A stretch of 58,483 nucleotides of DNA from Patescibacteria group bacterium (GCA_028714475.1 JAQTNC010000008.1:1-58483); one strand, 5' to 3'; positions 44,101-52,217 are shown, numbered from the stretch's first letter. Notes: generated by a model not told the origin, from the sequence alone. Numbers and translations are program-made.

Positions 44101-47100
44101 GTCGCCGGAGGCATTGTTGCCGTCATCGCAGGATTCGCCGTCGCCGATGACGCCGTCGCCGCAAGTCGCTCCGCCCGCCGTCGCGCCCAAGAGGACACAA
44201 CCGCGGTTGTTCAGGTCAGGACGATTGGCGGCATCCACGGCCGGATCCTTACAGCCCGGCGGGAAGACGCCGCCGTACTTCTCGCAGGTTTCCCCGGCAT
44301 CGAGAACGCCGTTGCCGCAGGTCGGCGCGACTGTGCCGAGCTTGAGGCAGGTTTTCTGGTCACAGCCGTTCGGCCACGCGCCGCTCACCGACTTTTCGCA
44401 ATCCTCGCCCTTCTCGAGACGGCCGTTGCCGCATTGAGCCAAGACGTTCTGGGAGCCGGCGTTCAAACAGGCAGGCGTACAGCCGACGGCTGGCGCGGCG
44501 GTTCTGACGCGCGCGTTCCGGGTGCCGTCAGGCAGGAAGCCGGCGATGACATTCTTGGTTTCCGTGAATGACCATTGCCAATCCTGCCGCGAATCCAGCT
44601 GCTGGCCGGAAGCACTGCAGGCGTCGGGCTCGCCGAAGGCCGCGACGCTGAAGCCGGCCCTTTCGCCGACATACCGGAGTTGGGTCGCCTTGGGGTCAAG
44701 CGTCGTGCGGTCCGCCTGGCAAATCGAAGGGGTGTCCTTAACGCGGAATTTCCAGGTGAAGTATGCGCCGCTCGTCAAGCCCTTGAGCGCCACGCCGCTC
44801 ATGCTGCGGAGATAGGTACCGTCGGCTTCGGTGAGCGGTGCGCCCTTGAGTCGAACCACGTAATAGGCGCCGTTTTCCATCGGCTGGGCCAGCTGGGCGA
44901 CCACGTTCGTGAAGCCGGCCGTGGTGCCGTTCGTCGTGAAAGAGGTGATGGTCGGCGCGTGGTCGGCGTCATACGGCGGGTTGCAGGTCTCGTTGCGGCA
45001 CTTGGCGATGATGAAAGTGCTCGCGGACAGCGACGCGGAATCCATCGGCACGTTGAAGGTCGCCGCCACGGCCGCGTTCGGGCAGGCCTCGAGGCAGTTC
45101 GGCGCGTAGGACACGACCGCCGGGTCAGCGAACTTGACCGTGATCAAGGAGGCTCCTTCCTTATAGTAAGTCGCGGCTGACGTCTGGGGGTGCACGCGCA
45201 CCGTGAGCGAGGCCGGCTGTCCGGTCGGCGTTTCCTTGGCGGCCGTGACCGGCTGGAAGCAGGCGTTCTGGTTCTGGAGCAGTGCCAGGATCTGGGCATC
45301 GCTCGTGGACCAAGCCATGTCATAAGGCTGAACCGGCCGGCACGGCAGGCTGTTGCAGTTGGCGGCGAGGAAGCCGGCGGCGAAACCGACCGAGGAGGTG
45401 CCAGGGGCGTTCGGGGCGAGCGGAATGGAAGCCGGCTCGCCGATGTGATCGATGGTGTAGCGCGACGACTCAACCATCACGCGCGAAAGCTCGCACGGCT
45501 CACTGCTGTCCGCGGTCGCGAAAGTATACTGGAAATCGCCGCCCTCCGTGCCGTCGTAATCGCCGTCAAGCAGCCGGCCGTTCAAAGCCGGGGCATTCCG
45601 GACGCCGACGCCGGTGGTCTTGTTGGAAAAGAGGGTGACGCGATAACGGGTCGCTTTCTTCAACAAGCCTTGGTTATAGGCAGGCAACGGATCAAGGGTC
45701 ATGACCAAGCCGCCGACCGTGACGCCCAAGGCGAACTGGCCGCTCACGCTCATGGGCGTGCAGTTGGTGCCGTCGGTTCCGCACGCCAATTCCTCCACGC
45801 GCACCGTCGGCTCGGTTCCGGTCAGCCGGAACGAGGCGGCATCCATGGGTTGCGTGAACTTGACGCGCAGTTGGGCGTTCACGCAGGCGTTACTGCTGTT
45901 CGCGGCCGGCGACGGCGACTGCGTTTCACAGGGCGGTTCCTGGCCGCAAGACGGACAGCGCACGACTTTCGGCAGGTCCGGCAGGACGCCCGTGCTGAAA
46001 TGCCAGGCGAACGCCGAGCCGACCGCCACCGGCTGACAAGCCGGGCGTTCGAGAGTCGGCGCCTCGCAGTAACCAAGGGGGCAACACACGGCGGCCGAAT
46101 TGCTCTGTCGGCAATACGGCGTTCCGCCGGCCTCGTTGCAGTCCTGAACCTTGAAAGGCAAGGTGTTGGCGCTCGGCGCGTTGTTCGCGACCACGCGCAC
46201 CGGGCCGGACTTCGGCCAACTGCCCTTGTCGCTTTGGGAACCGGGAACGGCCGGCGTGATGGTGTCGGAACTCCAAGAATAATTTCCCACGGCCGACATG
46301 GTGTGGCTCTGGTCCACGTAGAAATTGACGGCGTACACCGGCGGGCTCTGCTCACCGCGTTCGCCGAAACCTTCGCCGCGGATGGCGAGGAGCGTGCCGG
46401 GCGGACCGTTATCCGGATCGATGGAACAGATGCCGGGGCTCGGCGGGTTGCCGTTCATGGCCAGCGTTTTCTCGTTACTGTTGAGTCCGGCCTGCGTCCG
46501 CACCTTCACCTGGTAATTCTCCAGGCGGAACGCCGGGCAGTTGCCGCCCTCGCAGGTGTATGCGGCCGGCGTCTTGATGACGACGTAATTGTTGCGCCAG
46601 GTGACGGCGCACGGCGGATCTGGCGGCGGTTCGCCGAAGGCGTAATCCTCGGGATGCGAAGTGGAAGTGAAGATGATCTTGCCGGGCTTGGCGCCGAAGC
46701 CGCTGCCCACGATGGTGATGTAGGACGAGACCGGCGAAGCGGCCGGCAGGATCTCGGTGATGACCGGCTTTTCCTGGCCAGCGGCCGGCACCACGCCGAA
46801 GCGCGGATCGTTGGCCGTCTTCTCGCAGGCGAACGGCGGCTGAGGGTCGCAGACATCGGCTTTCACGACGTAAACGCCGTCCGCAAGTCCCGGCACGACC
46901 GCGTCAATGCGCTTGCCCGACGGATCCCAGGCCTTGGTCGAGGCCTCATAGCCGCCCAACATCAGTTTGCTTCGGCTGTCGCTGTTGTCGCCGAGCAGGT
47001 CGCCATAGACGCTGAAATCGGCGCCGACCGGCCCCATCATGGGCTCGATGTAACAGATGCCCGGTTTCTTCTGCGATATTTTCAGGAAAGGATTCTTGTA

Positions 47101-48903
47101 TCGCCCGTTCGTCGGCTGTCCGGCCGGATCGGCATCATAGGCAACGCCGTCCTTTCGCACCAGCTTGACGTAACTCGTGGCCTCTATCCCTTCCGGCACG
47201 ACGACCGCCACATGTTCGTTCGTCCAGGACTTCGGGTCGCACGGTTGGGCAGCCTTGTCCTGCTTGAAGATGACCTGACCGGGATTGGTTCCGAAATTAA
47301 GGCCAAAGATGTCAACGATTTGCCCGGCCGCACCGGACTCCGGGGAAACGGAAGTGATGACCGGCACGTCGGCGCAATGCCCGCCTACGCAGAAAGTGGT
47401 GCAGTCGGAATCCTGCGTGCACTCGTCGCCCGGACAGCCGCCGCATTGCGAATCGTGGCCGCAGTCAACGCCGGTCTCGAAAGGCGCGACGGTCGCGTTG
47501 CCGTCCTGAATCCCGTTGCAGCAATGGCCCGGATTGACGTGGAAAAGGGCCTCGACCGTTTCGCCGGCCCGCGGCACGCCGTCGTAAGGCGTGCCTTTGA
47601 GAATATAATCGCGATTCGGCTCAAGAGCGGCGAGATTGACGTACAGGTCCTCGACCGTGAACGAGTCGGTGCTGTTCACGTTGTTGACCGTGGTCAACCG
47701 TTGGCTGTCGCTGTCCACCAAAGCCAACTGCAGGGCATCGATCTCATCGCTCGTATGACCCGTCTCTCCCGGCGGGAATTCCAAACGGAAATCCACGCGC
47801 GCCGCGAGGAAATCGTCAGACACGCCGGCGGAAACGCGGGTCCGCTCAAGACAAACGCCCGGCGGCGACTTCGGCGCGTTAATCCAGCCGACCGGCGCTT
47901 CGGTGTCCACCTTGTCGCTGAAAGCCATCGCCCGATCGCACAGGGTCGCCGCGAGCGGCGTGTTGTCCCACATGTTGGGCGGATTCGGCAGGATGGTGGC
48001 GGGGTTGGTGCAGTAAAGCGATCGCGGCTGAACACCCGGCGTCTCGGGCAGATCGCGGATGGCGGTCGGCGTGACCTCGTTGCCGCCGAGACCCGTGACC
48101 CCGCCCTTGACCTGGACGTAGTACCAGCGTCGGCCCTCGAAATAGGTCGGGTCGTCGCCGGGATTCACGAGCGGCGTGGCAGACGGCTTGAACTCGACGG
48201 CATTACCGGAGACGGAACGGGTTCCGGACACGATCGTGTCGCAGGCCTGGGCGCTGAACGGCTCGTTCTCGTTCGGCCGCTCGTTGCAGCGCCGGACCAC
48301 GAAAGTGTCCACGGTCACGCTGGCCGGATCAACGTTGGCATTGAAGACGACGCGGATGGCGTAATTCTTCGGCCAGCCTTCCGAGGAGTTCGGCAGGGTG
48401 CCGATGGGCGTGGTGCCGCTCACGCGGAACAGGTTGCCGCCGCCGCCGTCAAACCCGCCGCCGCCCGAGGAACAGGTCTGACCGGGCGGACAGCCTTCGT
48501 ATCCCCCGCCGCCCGTGCCTTCCAGGATGGCGTTCAGGATGAAAGTCGTGATGGCGAAGGAGGCCATGATAATGACGAGGCCGATGACCGCCTGCGTCAG
48601 GAGTTTTTTCGCCCGCAACACCTGCTCGTCGTCGCCGCGCGCCGTCATCCACAGGAATCCGGCGTAGATGACGAGCACGACCGCCACGATGCCCAAGAGG
48701 CCGATGATGGTCCTGATGATGTTGCCGATGATGGTGGTCAGACTCGCGGTCGTGAGTCCGGACGCCTGCCCCACCTGCGAGAGCCCCAAGTCAGGCGCCA
48801 CCGCCGCCACGGCCGGAAAACCGAAAGCCATGACCACGGCCAAGACGGCCGTCGTGAGGAGAAAGCTGGACAGGTTCCGGAAAATTGTTCGGTGGCGTTT
48901 CAT
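38167..48903 (-). CDS. giant (3,578 aa) surface protein with N-terminal T4SS-pilin (TrbC/VirB2)-like two-TM module followed by SbsA-Ig-like, IPT/TIG, Cys-rich CGxGxxExGExCD repeats, TSP3-like and CDGxDNDC motifs
   Basis: Single uninterrupted ORF. N-terminus IIGNIIRTIIGLLGIVAVVLVIYAGFLWMTARGDDEQVLRAKKLLTQAVIGLVIIMASFAI. IPT-like PVITSVSPESGAAGQIVDIFGLNFG. Cys repeats such as CGDGVIGDGESCDDGNNASGDGCGADC. Confidence 0.9.
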   Translation of the reverse strand: MKRHRTIFRNLSSFLLTTAVLAVVMAFGFPAVAAVAPDLGLSQVGQASGLTTASLTTIIGNIIRTIIGLLGIVAVVLVIYAGFLWMTARGDDEQVLRAKKLLTQAVIGLVIIMASFAITTFILNAILEGTGGGGYEGCPPGQTCSSGGGGFDGGGGNLFRVSGTTPIGTLPNSSEGWPKNYAIRVVFNANVDPASVTVDTFVVRRCNERPNENEPFSAQACDTIVSGTRSVSGNAVEFKPSATPLVNPGDDPTYFEGRRWYYVQVKGGVTGLGGNEVTPTAIRDLPETPGVQPRSLYCTNPATILPNPPNMWDNTPLAATLCDRAMAFSDKVDTEAPVGWINAPKSPPGVCLERTRVSAGVSDDFLAARVDFRLEFPPGETGHTSDEIDALQLALVDSDSQRLTTVNNVNSTDSFTVEDLYVNLAALEPNRDYILKGTPYDGVPRAGETVEALFHVNPGHCCNGIQDGNATVAPFETGVDCGHDSQCGGCPGDECTQDSDCTTFCVGGHCADVPVITSVSPESGAAGQIVDIFGLNFGTNPGQVIFKQDKAAQPCDPKSWTNEHVAVVVPEGIEATSYVKLVRKDGVAYDADPAGQPTNGRYKNPFLKISQKKPGICYIEPMMGPVGADFSVYGDLLGDNSDSRSKLMLGGYEASTKAWDPSGKRIDAVVPGLADGVYVVKADVCDPQPPFACEKTANDPRFGVVPAAGQEKPVITEILPAASPVSSYITIVGSGFGAKPGKIIFTSTSHPEDYAFGEPPPDPPCAVTWRNNYVVIKTPAAYTCEGGNCPAFRLENYQVKVRTQAGLNSNEKTLAMNGNPPSPGICSIDPDNGPPGTLLAIRGEGFGERGEQSPPVYAVNFYVDQSHTMSAVGNYSWSSDTITPAVPGSQSDKGSWPKSGPVRVVANNAPSANTLPFKVQDCNEAGGTPYCRQSNSAAVCCPLGYCEAPTLERPACQPVAVGSAFAWHFSTGVLPDLPKVVRCPSCGQEPPCETQSPSPAANSSNACVNAQLRVKFTQPMDAASFRLTGTEPTVRVEELACGTDGTNCTPMSVSGQFALGVTVGGLVMTLDPLPAYNQGLLKKATRYRVTLFSNKTTGVGVRNAPALNGRLLDGDYDGTEGGDFQYTFATADSSEPCELSRVMVESSRYTIDHIGEPASIPLAPNAPGTSSVGFAAGFLAANCNSLPCRPVQPYDMAWSTSDAQILALLQNQNACFQPVTAAKETPTGQPASLTVRVHPQTSAATYYKEGASLITVKFADPAVVSYAPNCLEACPNAAVAATFNVPMDSASLSASTFIIAKCRNETCNPPYDADHAPTITSFTTNGTTAGFTNVVAQLAQPMENGAYYVVRLKGAPLTEADGTYLRSMSGVALKGLTSGAYFTWKFRVKDTPSICQADRTTLDPKATQLRYVGERAGFSVAAFGEPDACSASGQQLDSRQDWQWSFTETKNVIAGFLPDGTRNARVRTAAPAVGCTPACLNAGSQNVLAQCGNGRLEKGEDCEKSVSGAWPNGCDQKTCLKLGTVAPTCGNGVLDAGETCEKYGGVFPPGCKDPAVDAANRPDLNNRGCVLLGATAGGATCGDGVIGDGESCDDGNNASGDGCGADCLNEGTAPSCSDPALMPGAPCVNYCGNGITEPGEDNGCDLGVGQVAIFCDQSTCLKKGTSPCAVIGDPNYHNCCGNGVPENGEKCEAVGGELPPWCTSRCLLAGASFRYPNPSFCGDGAAGDGEDARCETTANRPYADPFQIIVGGRPQGVVSASDSLSATLTGVPPASAGQATVTMSCVCRSPQIAQTGDSQQYCDGQTVTPTNDLGCDAGGCCAPTPQVSETYPTDNRDKVCRNTVVRMTFDREIKKESVNKGIVVAENVSGSTCSSICEDNPNVSCTPGANGLDEGKCGTGGRCLTRVPLAFDWSSPDQAPTGRPSLLRGAWNAIKSFFRSLVPGVAAANPPANAVYCPIPGQVMVNGSVVTFYPKVALKPNAWYRVKAVGYDYLATDTPGQRTAKAEQAVTGSDGVPMPTSFQTHFRTKADICEIDYVTVAPGSHLFTTAENLGDAPDPKDKVDGDELFAARAHPHGETDEAEIASTPEYSFFWEWQQVTPDSVIEITPTYLPPAAGNGVCEYMPACSNDPTRRCPASCGAGVCGVAEDPNSADCRDAKPAQCGDGYCSVGEVTSCADDCSFPSSQTNQAWVNVRRQAPAGSSDVYPKNGQDIVTVKANVYKRLPDKVDRLSFSDSASVTVMLCEEPWPRRRTCDSDGKISLPWDRQANGDYNRQDCLPNEFVWFPFYDPDTNLSFYYCRDGQKAGAETETLPALNEERLIRIAPTRPDIYREYLFTYDLTGVSPDAEWAKNAIGLRIMTNPKHMSVSDWYLSQGFTGAPTPTSVDGYEAVREGRTVYANAAAKTATKIFTNVNILSYSEGSTPETVAVFNRILANMDFNRNVRDIGYCIDENGQQTLDATSRAISCRTDRECRVDAAGGFVDGRAGNICLADKSKMRRDLQRWSDLLNFRSTLVALKGQAYPRLEAGTYLRGRTVSGWPSWTEVLAKDLGMDRLPIDPLNSYMNCRLSYGGQYDLNTCWDATNKVYLCPAGSHIYEYVSAGGTNFSLNADFELLTTERCLPIGDANSCNNDQNGFCSWNTYWCGPNPNLTWGGGTCLEKTDLAACGGTPGCAWNNATGTCQYADGGILNLYGVNTTVANCSDIEMGRGGVCGDGVVQRQLGECGGSEGSCSPAGTCAWDAGRGVCTNMEMCEPNSLPDIDNECRVFAVCDKQRTKSCTDDNSCKVGDTNVGPCKPLRQIDSLLYPNEDSFRVGVRERTCTPQCAWGGFGACQAGICGDGRVQYPEACDDGSLNGTYGHCDAHCLGTGRTSCGDGVKQPNEACDCGDNNGVYSLNGVLQSFGGQCGGGGANANSCSWDCTGVGPRCGDGVKNGSEQCDGETEEYAKRCVNTTDAGDIQDGCTEDSQCPNGYKCGASCDSAKPERKWRRVCGANDPATTADDGAACQWGNWSCTAPGQCGNGVKETGEQCDDGNDNNRDACVIDPLKNPPYMCREAVCGDGYVSITKGEQCDDGAKNGQRCEAPYGLSCNHCSTACKLVTVSGGYCGDSIVQDAAFRPPGLEQCEPGQPQYLVNWTCVSTTAYDQAYGRIVGDAVCSGKNCQRSCPMPNTSLCKNEGSDFDDDGITDACDPDDDNDGVPDALDCAPLDKTVHGAYSAQQVDDSGNPTGTPRVVSAVTEVCDGKDNDCNYKVDDNWSVLADSNTPTSEKITLAGTVMDAVYSFQKISGATVRVQPMICDGDRMPCESNDECTSRGGGSKCGAGGEFATTDGNGRFSFAQQIRRPNTSNNRCKTIVQVDEFKPGWDIPSKYSIYLALTDRHTRGYFSHDFTPDIVSEPGQSAFDVNVFLMPKPPANHMMVALVWDGNLNGDYLDSHLLVPPDSTYGEIFFAGKQGKLDADPYAYLSCYHENGTEDCNDFSTAPEIMIWNWSGQPHPNDTIWKFYVDDYNCGATCGRNKFAAMNAKVYATWCNSDTDCALSGPYLPPTNNGKYWDVWHHIMKTSGPHQVSAPNTISDTKPTP

Positions 48904-48924
48904 GGTCGTGATCGTGCGCGCGCG

Positions 48925-51327
48925 TCAGGGCGGACAGCTGAAGGTTTCCTGTCCGATGCGTTCACAGCAGGATGGCGCGCCGGCATTGGTCGGACAGCCG
49001 TAGCCCTGGCTCGGGAAAAAGCAGTTCTGCTTGACGTCGCGAAGCTTGGCCCGCGCCGTCGGCCGGTAAATCGGCGTGGCTTCCAGGTAGTTGTTGACGT
49101 CATCCTCGGTCCAGCCCAGGTCGTTGGCCTTGAAGAACGGTCGGTGCTCAAGGGTGATGAGCGTGACCTGGCGATTCTGGCCGTTCACGCTCACCGTGAT
49201 CGGGCCCGTTCCGGCGCTCACGAAGTAGGCCGGTTGGCCCAGAGGCTCGTTGGCGCAGTTTTGCTGGTTGGCGCCCTGGTCACAAGGCTTGGTGGGATTG
49301 AGCTTGCGCAACTCGCGGCCGGTGAGCAGGATGGTGGCCGGCGGGTTGATGTCGCTCTCAAGCCCGGTGCGGAAGGACGAGAGGCTCATGATCTTGCTCC
49401 AGGTGATCGTGACGGGCTGGGTGGCCGGGACATTCGAGGGGCCTTCGGGGGCGGGCGTGTCGCTGGTTGGCTCGGTAGGCGGCACGGCCGAGCTCGGCGG
49501 CGTGATGTCGATGATGGCCGGCGGCGTCAAGTCGATGTTGGAGCCGACCGTGTAGAGCCAGCTGACCGAATCCCCCCAAAGGTTGACGCGGCCACCGGCC
49601 AAACCCACGCCGTTATTGGTGACGTCGCCGATTGCGCCCGGGCCTTGCGCCTTGCCGTCCGCGTTGCCGTCGAGCGAATTGCTGACCATGTCGGTGACGC
49701 CGTCCGGCAGGACCAGGTTCGCGGCCGCCGGCGGATTGGTGGGCGAGACGGTGGCTGCCCGCGTCGTCACCCGCATCTGGACGTTTTTCGGCAGGCAATA
49801 AACCGGGTCGCCGCAGGAATTCTGGCTCACGCCCTCGCATTTGGTGCTCGGCACGAATTCGACGGTGCGGTATTTGTTGGCGATGTTCCAGCTGCCGTTC
49901 ACGACCACGAAAGTGGAAGTGTTGGTCGAGACGCAAACGCCGCCCTGCCACGCGCAGGAAGTGGCGGCGGAACAGTCCGTCTGGCTGGCCTTGTCCTCGC
50001 AGCCGAGCCGACAGACGGTGTTCGGCAGGCAACGCGCCTCGACCACGACGTTGTTGAAGCCGCCGCCGGAACCGTTCAGGCCGCTCACGGTCGTCGGATC
50101 CATCGCCTCGTCGAAATAAACCTGCAGGAGCTGGTTGCGGTCCAGGGCGTCGCTCGCGGGATTTTCCACGCCGGCCGGCACGATGGCGGTGATTTTCGGC
50201 GGCGTGACGTCGGCGGCGATGCCGGTGGCGAACGACCAGAAGTAGGAACCGTCGGCCTGCCCTTCGGCAAACGCCGGCTGAATGACCGGTTCGGCCGCCG
50301 TCGGCGACGGAGACCAGACCTTGAGGCCGTTCGGCCCGCCCCGCAAGCCGACGCGGTAATTGACGGGGATGGTTGAGCTGCCGAGGTATTCCTTGGGCAT
50401 GATGACGACCGTCTGTCCCTGGCTCGCCGGACTGAACACAGCCGGCACGGCCGTCACGGACACCAGCGGCGTTTTGTCGCCCACGAGCGCCTTTTCCTCG
50501 GCGGTCGCGGCGTAACGTCCGTTGAAGCGGGCGTCCATGTCGCCGTTCGGAATTTCCTTCAAGGCATCGTTAGGCAAAATGCGAATGTTGTCGGTATTGA
50601 GTTCCAGCTGGCCCGCGACCACTGACGCGCGCGCCGCCTGACTGCAACCCTGCGGACAAATCTGGTCGTCCGTGGTGACATATGTTCCCTTATCGTCGTA
50701 ATTTTTGAAAATCGTCGAGAGCCCCAGCGGCTTCTTGAAAGTGATGGTGATCTTGGTGTTTCGCGGCACGTCGGTTTGCCCGACTTCCGGGTAATGATAT
50801 TCGATGATGCCGTTGCCGAGGTTCTCCGGGCCGCAGCCGGCGCAATAGACGGTGACCAGCGAATTCGGCGAGGTCGGCGGCTGTTGATTGACGCCGCCGG
50901 TTCCGCCCGCGCCCCCGAGGATGGCATTCAGGATGAATTCGGCGATGGCGAACGCCGCCGCCCAGATTACCAAGCCGATGACGGCGTTCTTGATGATGTT
51001 CTTGGCCTCCTCGACGTCTTCGGCATTGCCGCGCGCCGTCATCCACTTGAAGCCGGCGTAAATGAGGAGCACAACCAGGATGATGCCGAGCACGCCGAAA
51101 ACCGCGCGGATGATGCCGCCGATGATGACCGGCAGGCTGGTCGTCACGAGACCGCTGGTTTGGCCGACCTGCTCAAGCGCCGTGAGCGGGTTGACGGTGG
51201 CGGCCATGGTCGGCAGCGCCCAGAGCGCCGCGATAGCCAAAAGGACGGCGCCGCCGACCACGAGTGGCCGCCGCGTCCGTCCTTCGGCTTCGCAATGATT
51301 TTTCTTTCGACTCCACCTTCCGAGCAT
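48925..51327 (-). CDS. 800-aa surface protein with the same N-terminal T4SS-pilin-like module plus SbsA-Ig-like domains
   Basis: IIGGIIRAVFGVLGIILVVLLIYAGFKWMTARGNAEDVEEAKNIIKNAVIGLVIWAAAFAI is paralogous to the N-terminus of the giant protein. Confidence 0.88.
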   Translation of the reverse strand: MLGRWSRKKNHCEAEGRTRRPLVVGGAVLLAIAALWALPTMAATVNPLTALEQVGQTSGLVTTSLPVIIGGIIRAVFGVLGIILVVLLIYAGFKWMTARGNAEDVEEAKNIIKNAVIGLVIWAAAFAIAEFILNAILGGAGGTGGVNQQPPTSPNSLVTVYCAGCGPENLGNGIIEYHYPEVGQTDVPRNTKITITFKKPLGLSTIFKNYDDKGTYVTTDDQICPQGCSQAARASVVAGQLELNTDNIRILPNDALKEIPNGDMDARFNGRYAATAEEKALVGDKTPLVSVTAVPAVFSPASQGQTVVIMPKEYLGSSTIPVNYRVGLRGGPNGLKVWSPSPTAAEPVIQPAFAEGQADGSYFWSFATGIAADVTPPKITAIVPAGVENPASDALDRNQLLQVYFDEAMDPTTVSGLNGSGGGFNNVVVEARCLPNTVCRLGCEDKASQTDCSAATSCAWQGGVCVSTNTSTFVVVNGSWNIANKYRTVEFVPSTKCEGVSQNSCGDPVYCLPKNVQMRVTTRAATVSPTNPPAAANLVLPDGVTDMVSNSLDGNADGKAQGPGAIGDVTNNGVGLAGGRVNLWGDSVSWLYTVGSNIDLTPPAIIDITPPSSAVPPTEPTSDTPAPEGPSNVPATQPVTITWSKIMSLSSFRTGLESDINPPATILLTGRELRKLNPTKPCDQGANQQNCANEPLGQPAYFVSAGTGPITVSVNGQNRQVTLITLEHRPFFKANDLGWTEDDVNNYLEATPIYRPTARAKLRDVKQNCFFPSQGYGCPTNAGAPSCCERIGQETFSCPP

Positions 51328-51361
51328 GGGACAGAAGGTTAAGTTCTTGAAACGGTTTCCC

Positions 51362-51811
51362 TCAGGAACCGCTTAACACTTTTTTGACAGCCGCGCTGAC
51401 CTTGGCTCCATCGGCGCGACCCTTCGCTTCCTTCATGACCTCGGCCATGACGCGGCCGAAATCCTTGGCCGTCACCGGAGCCAGCGCCGCGACTTTGGCC
51501 TCCGCGATTGCCGCCAACTCCTCGTCCGAAAGCTGTTCTGGCAGGTAACGCTCGATGAAGGCAATCTCCTTTTCAGCCTGATCCACCAAGTCCTGACGCT
51601 GGCCGGCGCGGTACGACTCCACGGCGTCACGGATCTTTTTCGCCTCGCGGCCCAGCGTCTCAATCACGTCCGCTTCCTCAAGCGGCTTCATCTTGTCGAT
51701 CTCCGCGCTCTTGAGCGCGGCGCGCATCTGGCGCAGGACCGAAACCGCGAAGGCATCGCGGGCCTTGGCCGACTGGACGTAATCGCTGTCGATTCTTTCC
51801 CTGGTCGTCAT
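51362..51811 (-). CDS. yqeY: GatB/YqeY domain protein
   Basis: DYVQSAKARDAFAVSVLRQMRAALKSAEI...EIAFIERYLPEQLS. Confidence 0.9.
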   Translation of the reverse strand: MTTRERIDSDYVQSAKARDAFAVSVLRQMRAALKSAEIDKMKPLEEADVIETLGREAKKIRDAVESYRAGQRQDLVDQAEKEIAFIERYLPEQLSDEELAAIAEAKVAALAPVTAKDFGRVMAEVMKEAKGRADGAKVSAAVKKVLSGS

Positions 51812-51833
51812 CGCATTGGTGATTGACCGCGCT

Positions 51834-52088
51834 TTAGCGGGCGCGGTTGCTTCGCTTCGGGCGAAAATCCTCTTCCGTCGCCTGTCCGGTCTTGATCAGG
51901 TATTCGCGTTTGCCGCGCAAATACTCGCGCCGCAAAGCTGCCTCACGGACAGCCGATTTGCTCTTGCCGCGGGTGTGGAACCGGATTTTCTTGACCTGCA
52001 ACAGTTTTCCGCTTTCCTGAACCCGCCGGCTGAATCGGCGCAACAGGCTCTCAAAGCTTTCGCCTTTCTTTCGTTTCACTTCAGCCAC
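51834..52088 (-). CDS. rpsU: 30S ribosomal protein S21
   Basis: GTG start preceded by GGGGGGTGA; AEVKRKKGESFESLLRRFSRRVQESG. Confidence 0.9.
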   Translation of the reverse strand: MAEVKRKKGESFESLLRRFSRRVQESGKLLQVKKIRFHTRGKSKSAVREAALRREYLRGKREYLIKTGQATEEDFRPKRSNRAR

Positions 52089-52217
52089 AATATCACCCCC
52101 CTTTCATTTAACAGGATAAACGCGTCTGGCCTTTCGGTCGAAAACGCGTAGATAAACGATAAAACGGCCAGATTCGGACTGATTTCCACAGCCGCCTTAC
52201 CTTATTAATAGATTACC

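Noticed and set aside
45190-50376. 1,728-aa plus-strand ORF
   Set aside because: It is antisense to the two well-supported minus-strand surface-protein genes and runs straight across their intergenic gap. The translation is Arg/Gly/Ala/Asp-rich and low-complexity with no domain pattern, which is the typical stop-poor antisense frame of GC-rich DNA.
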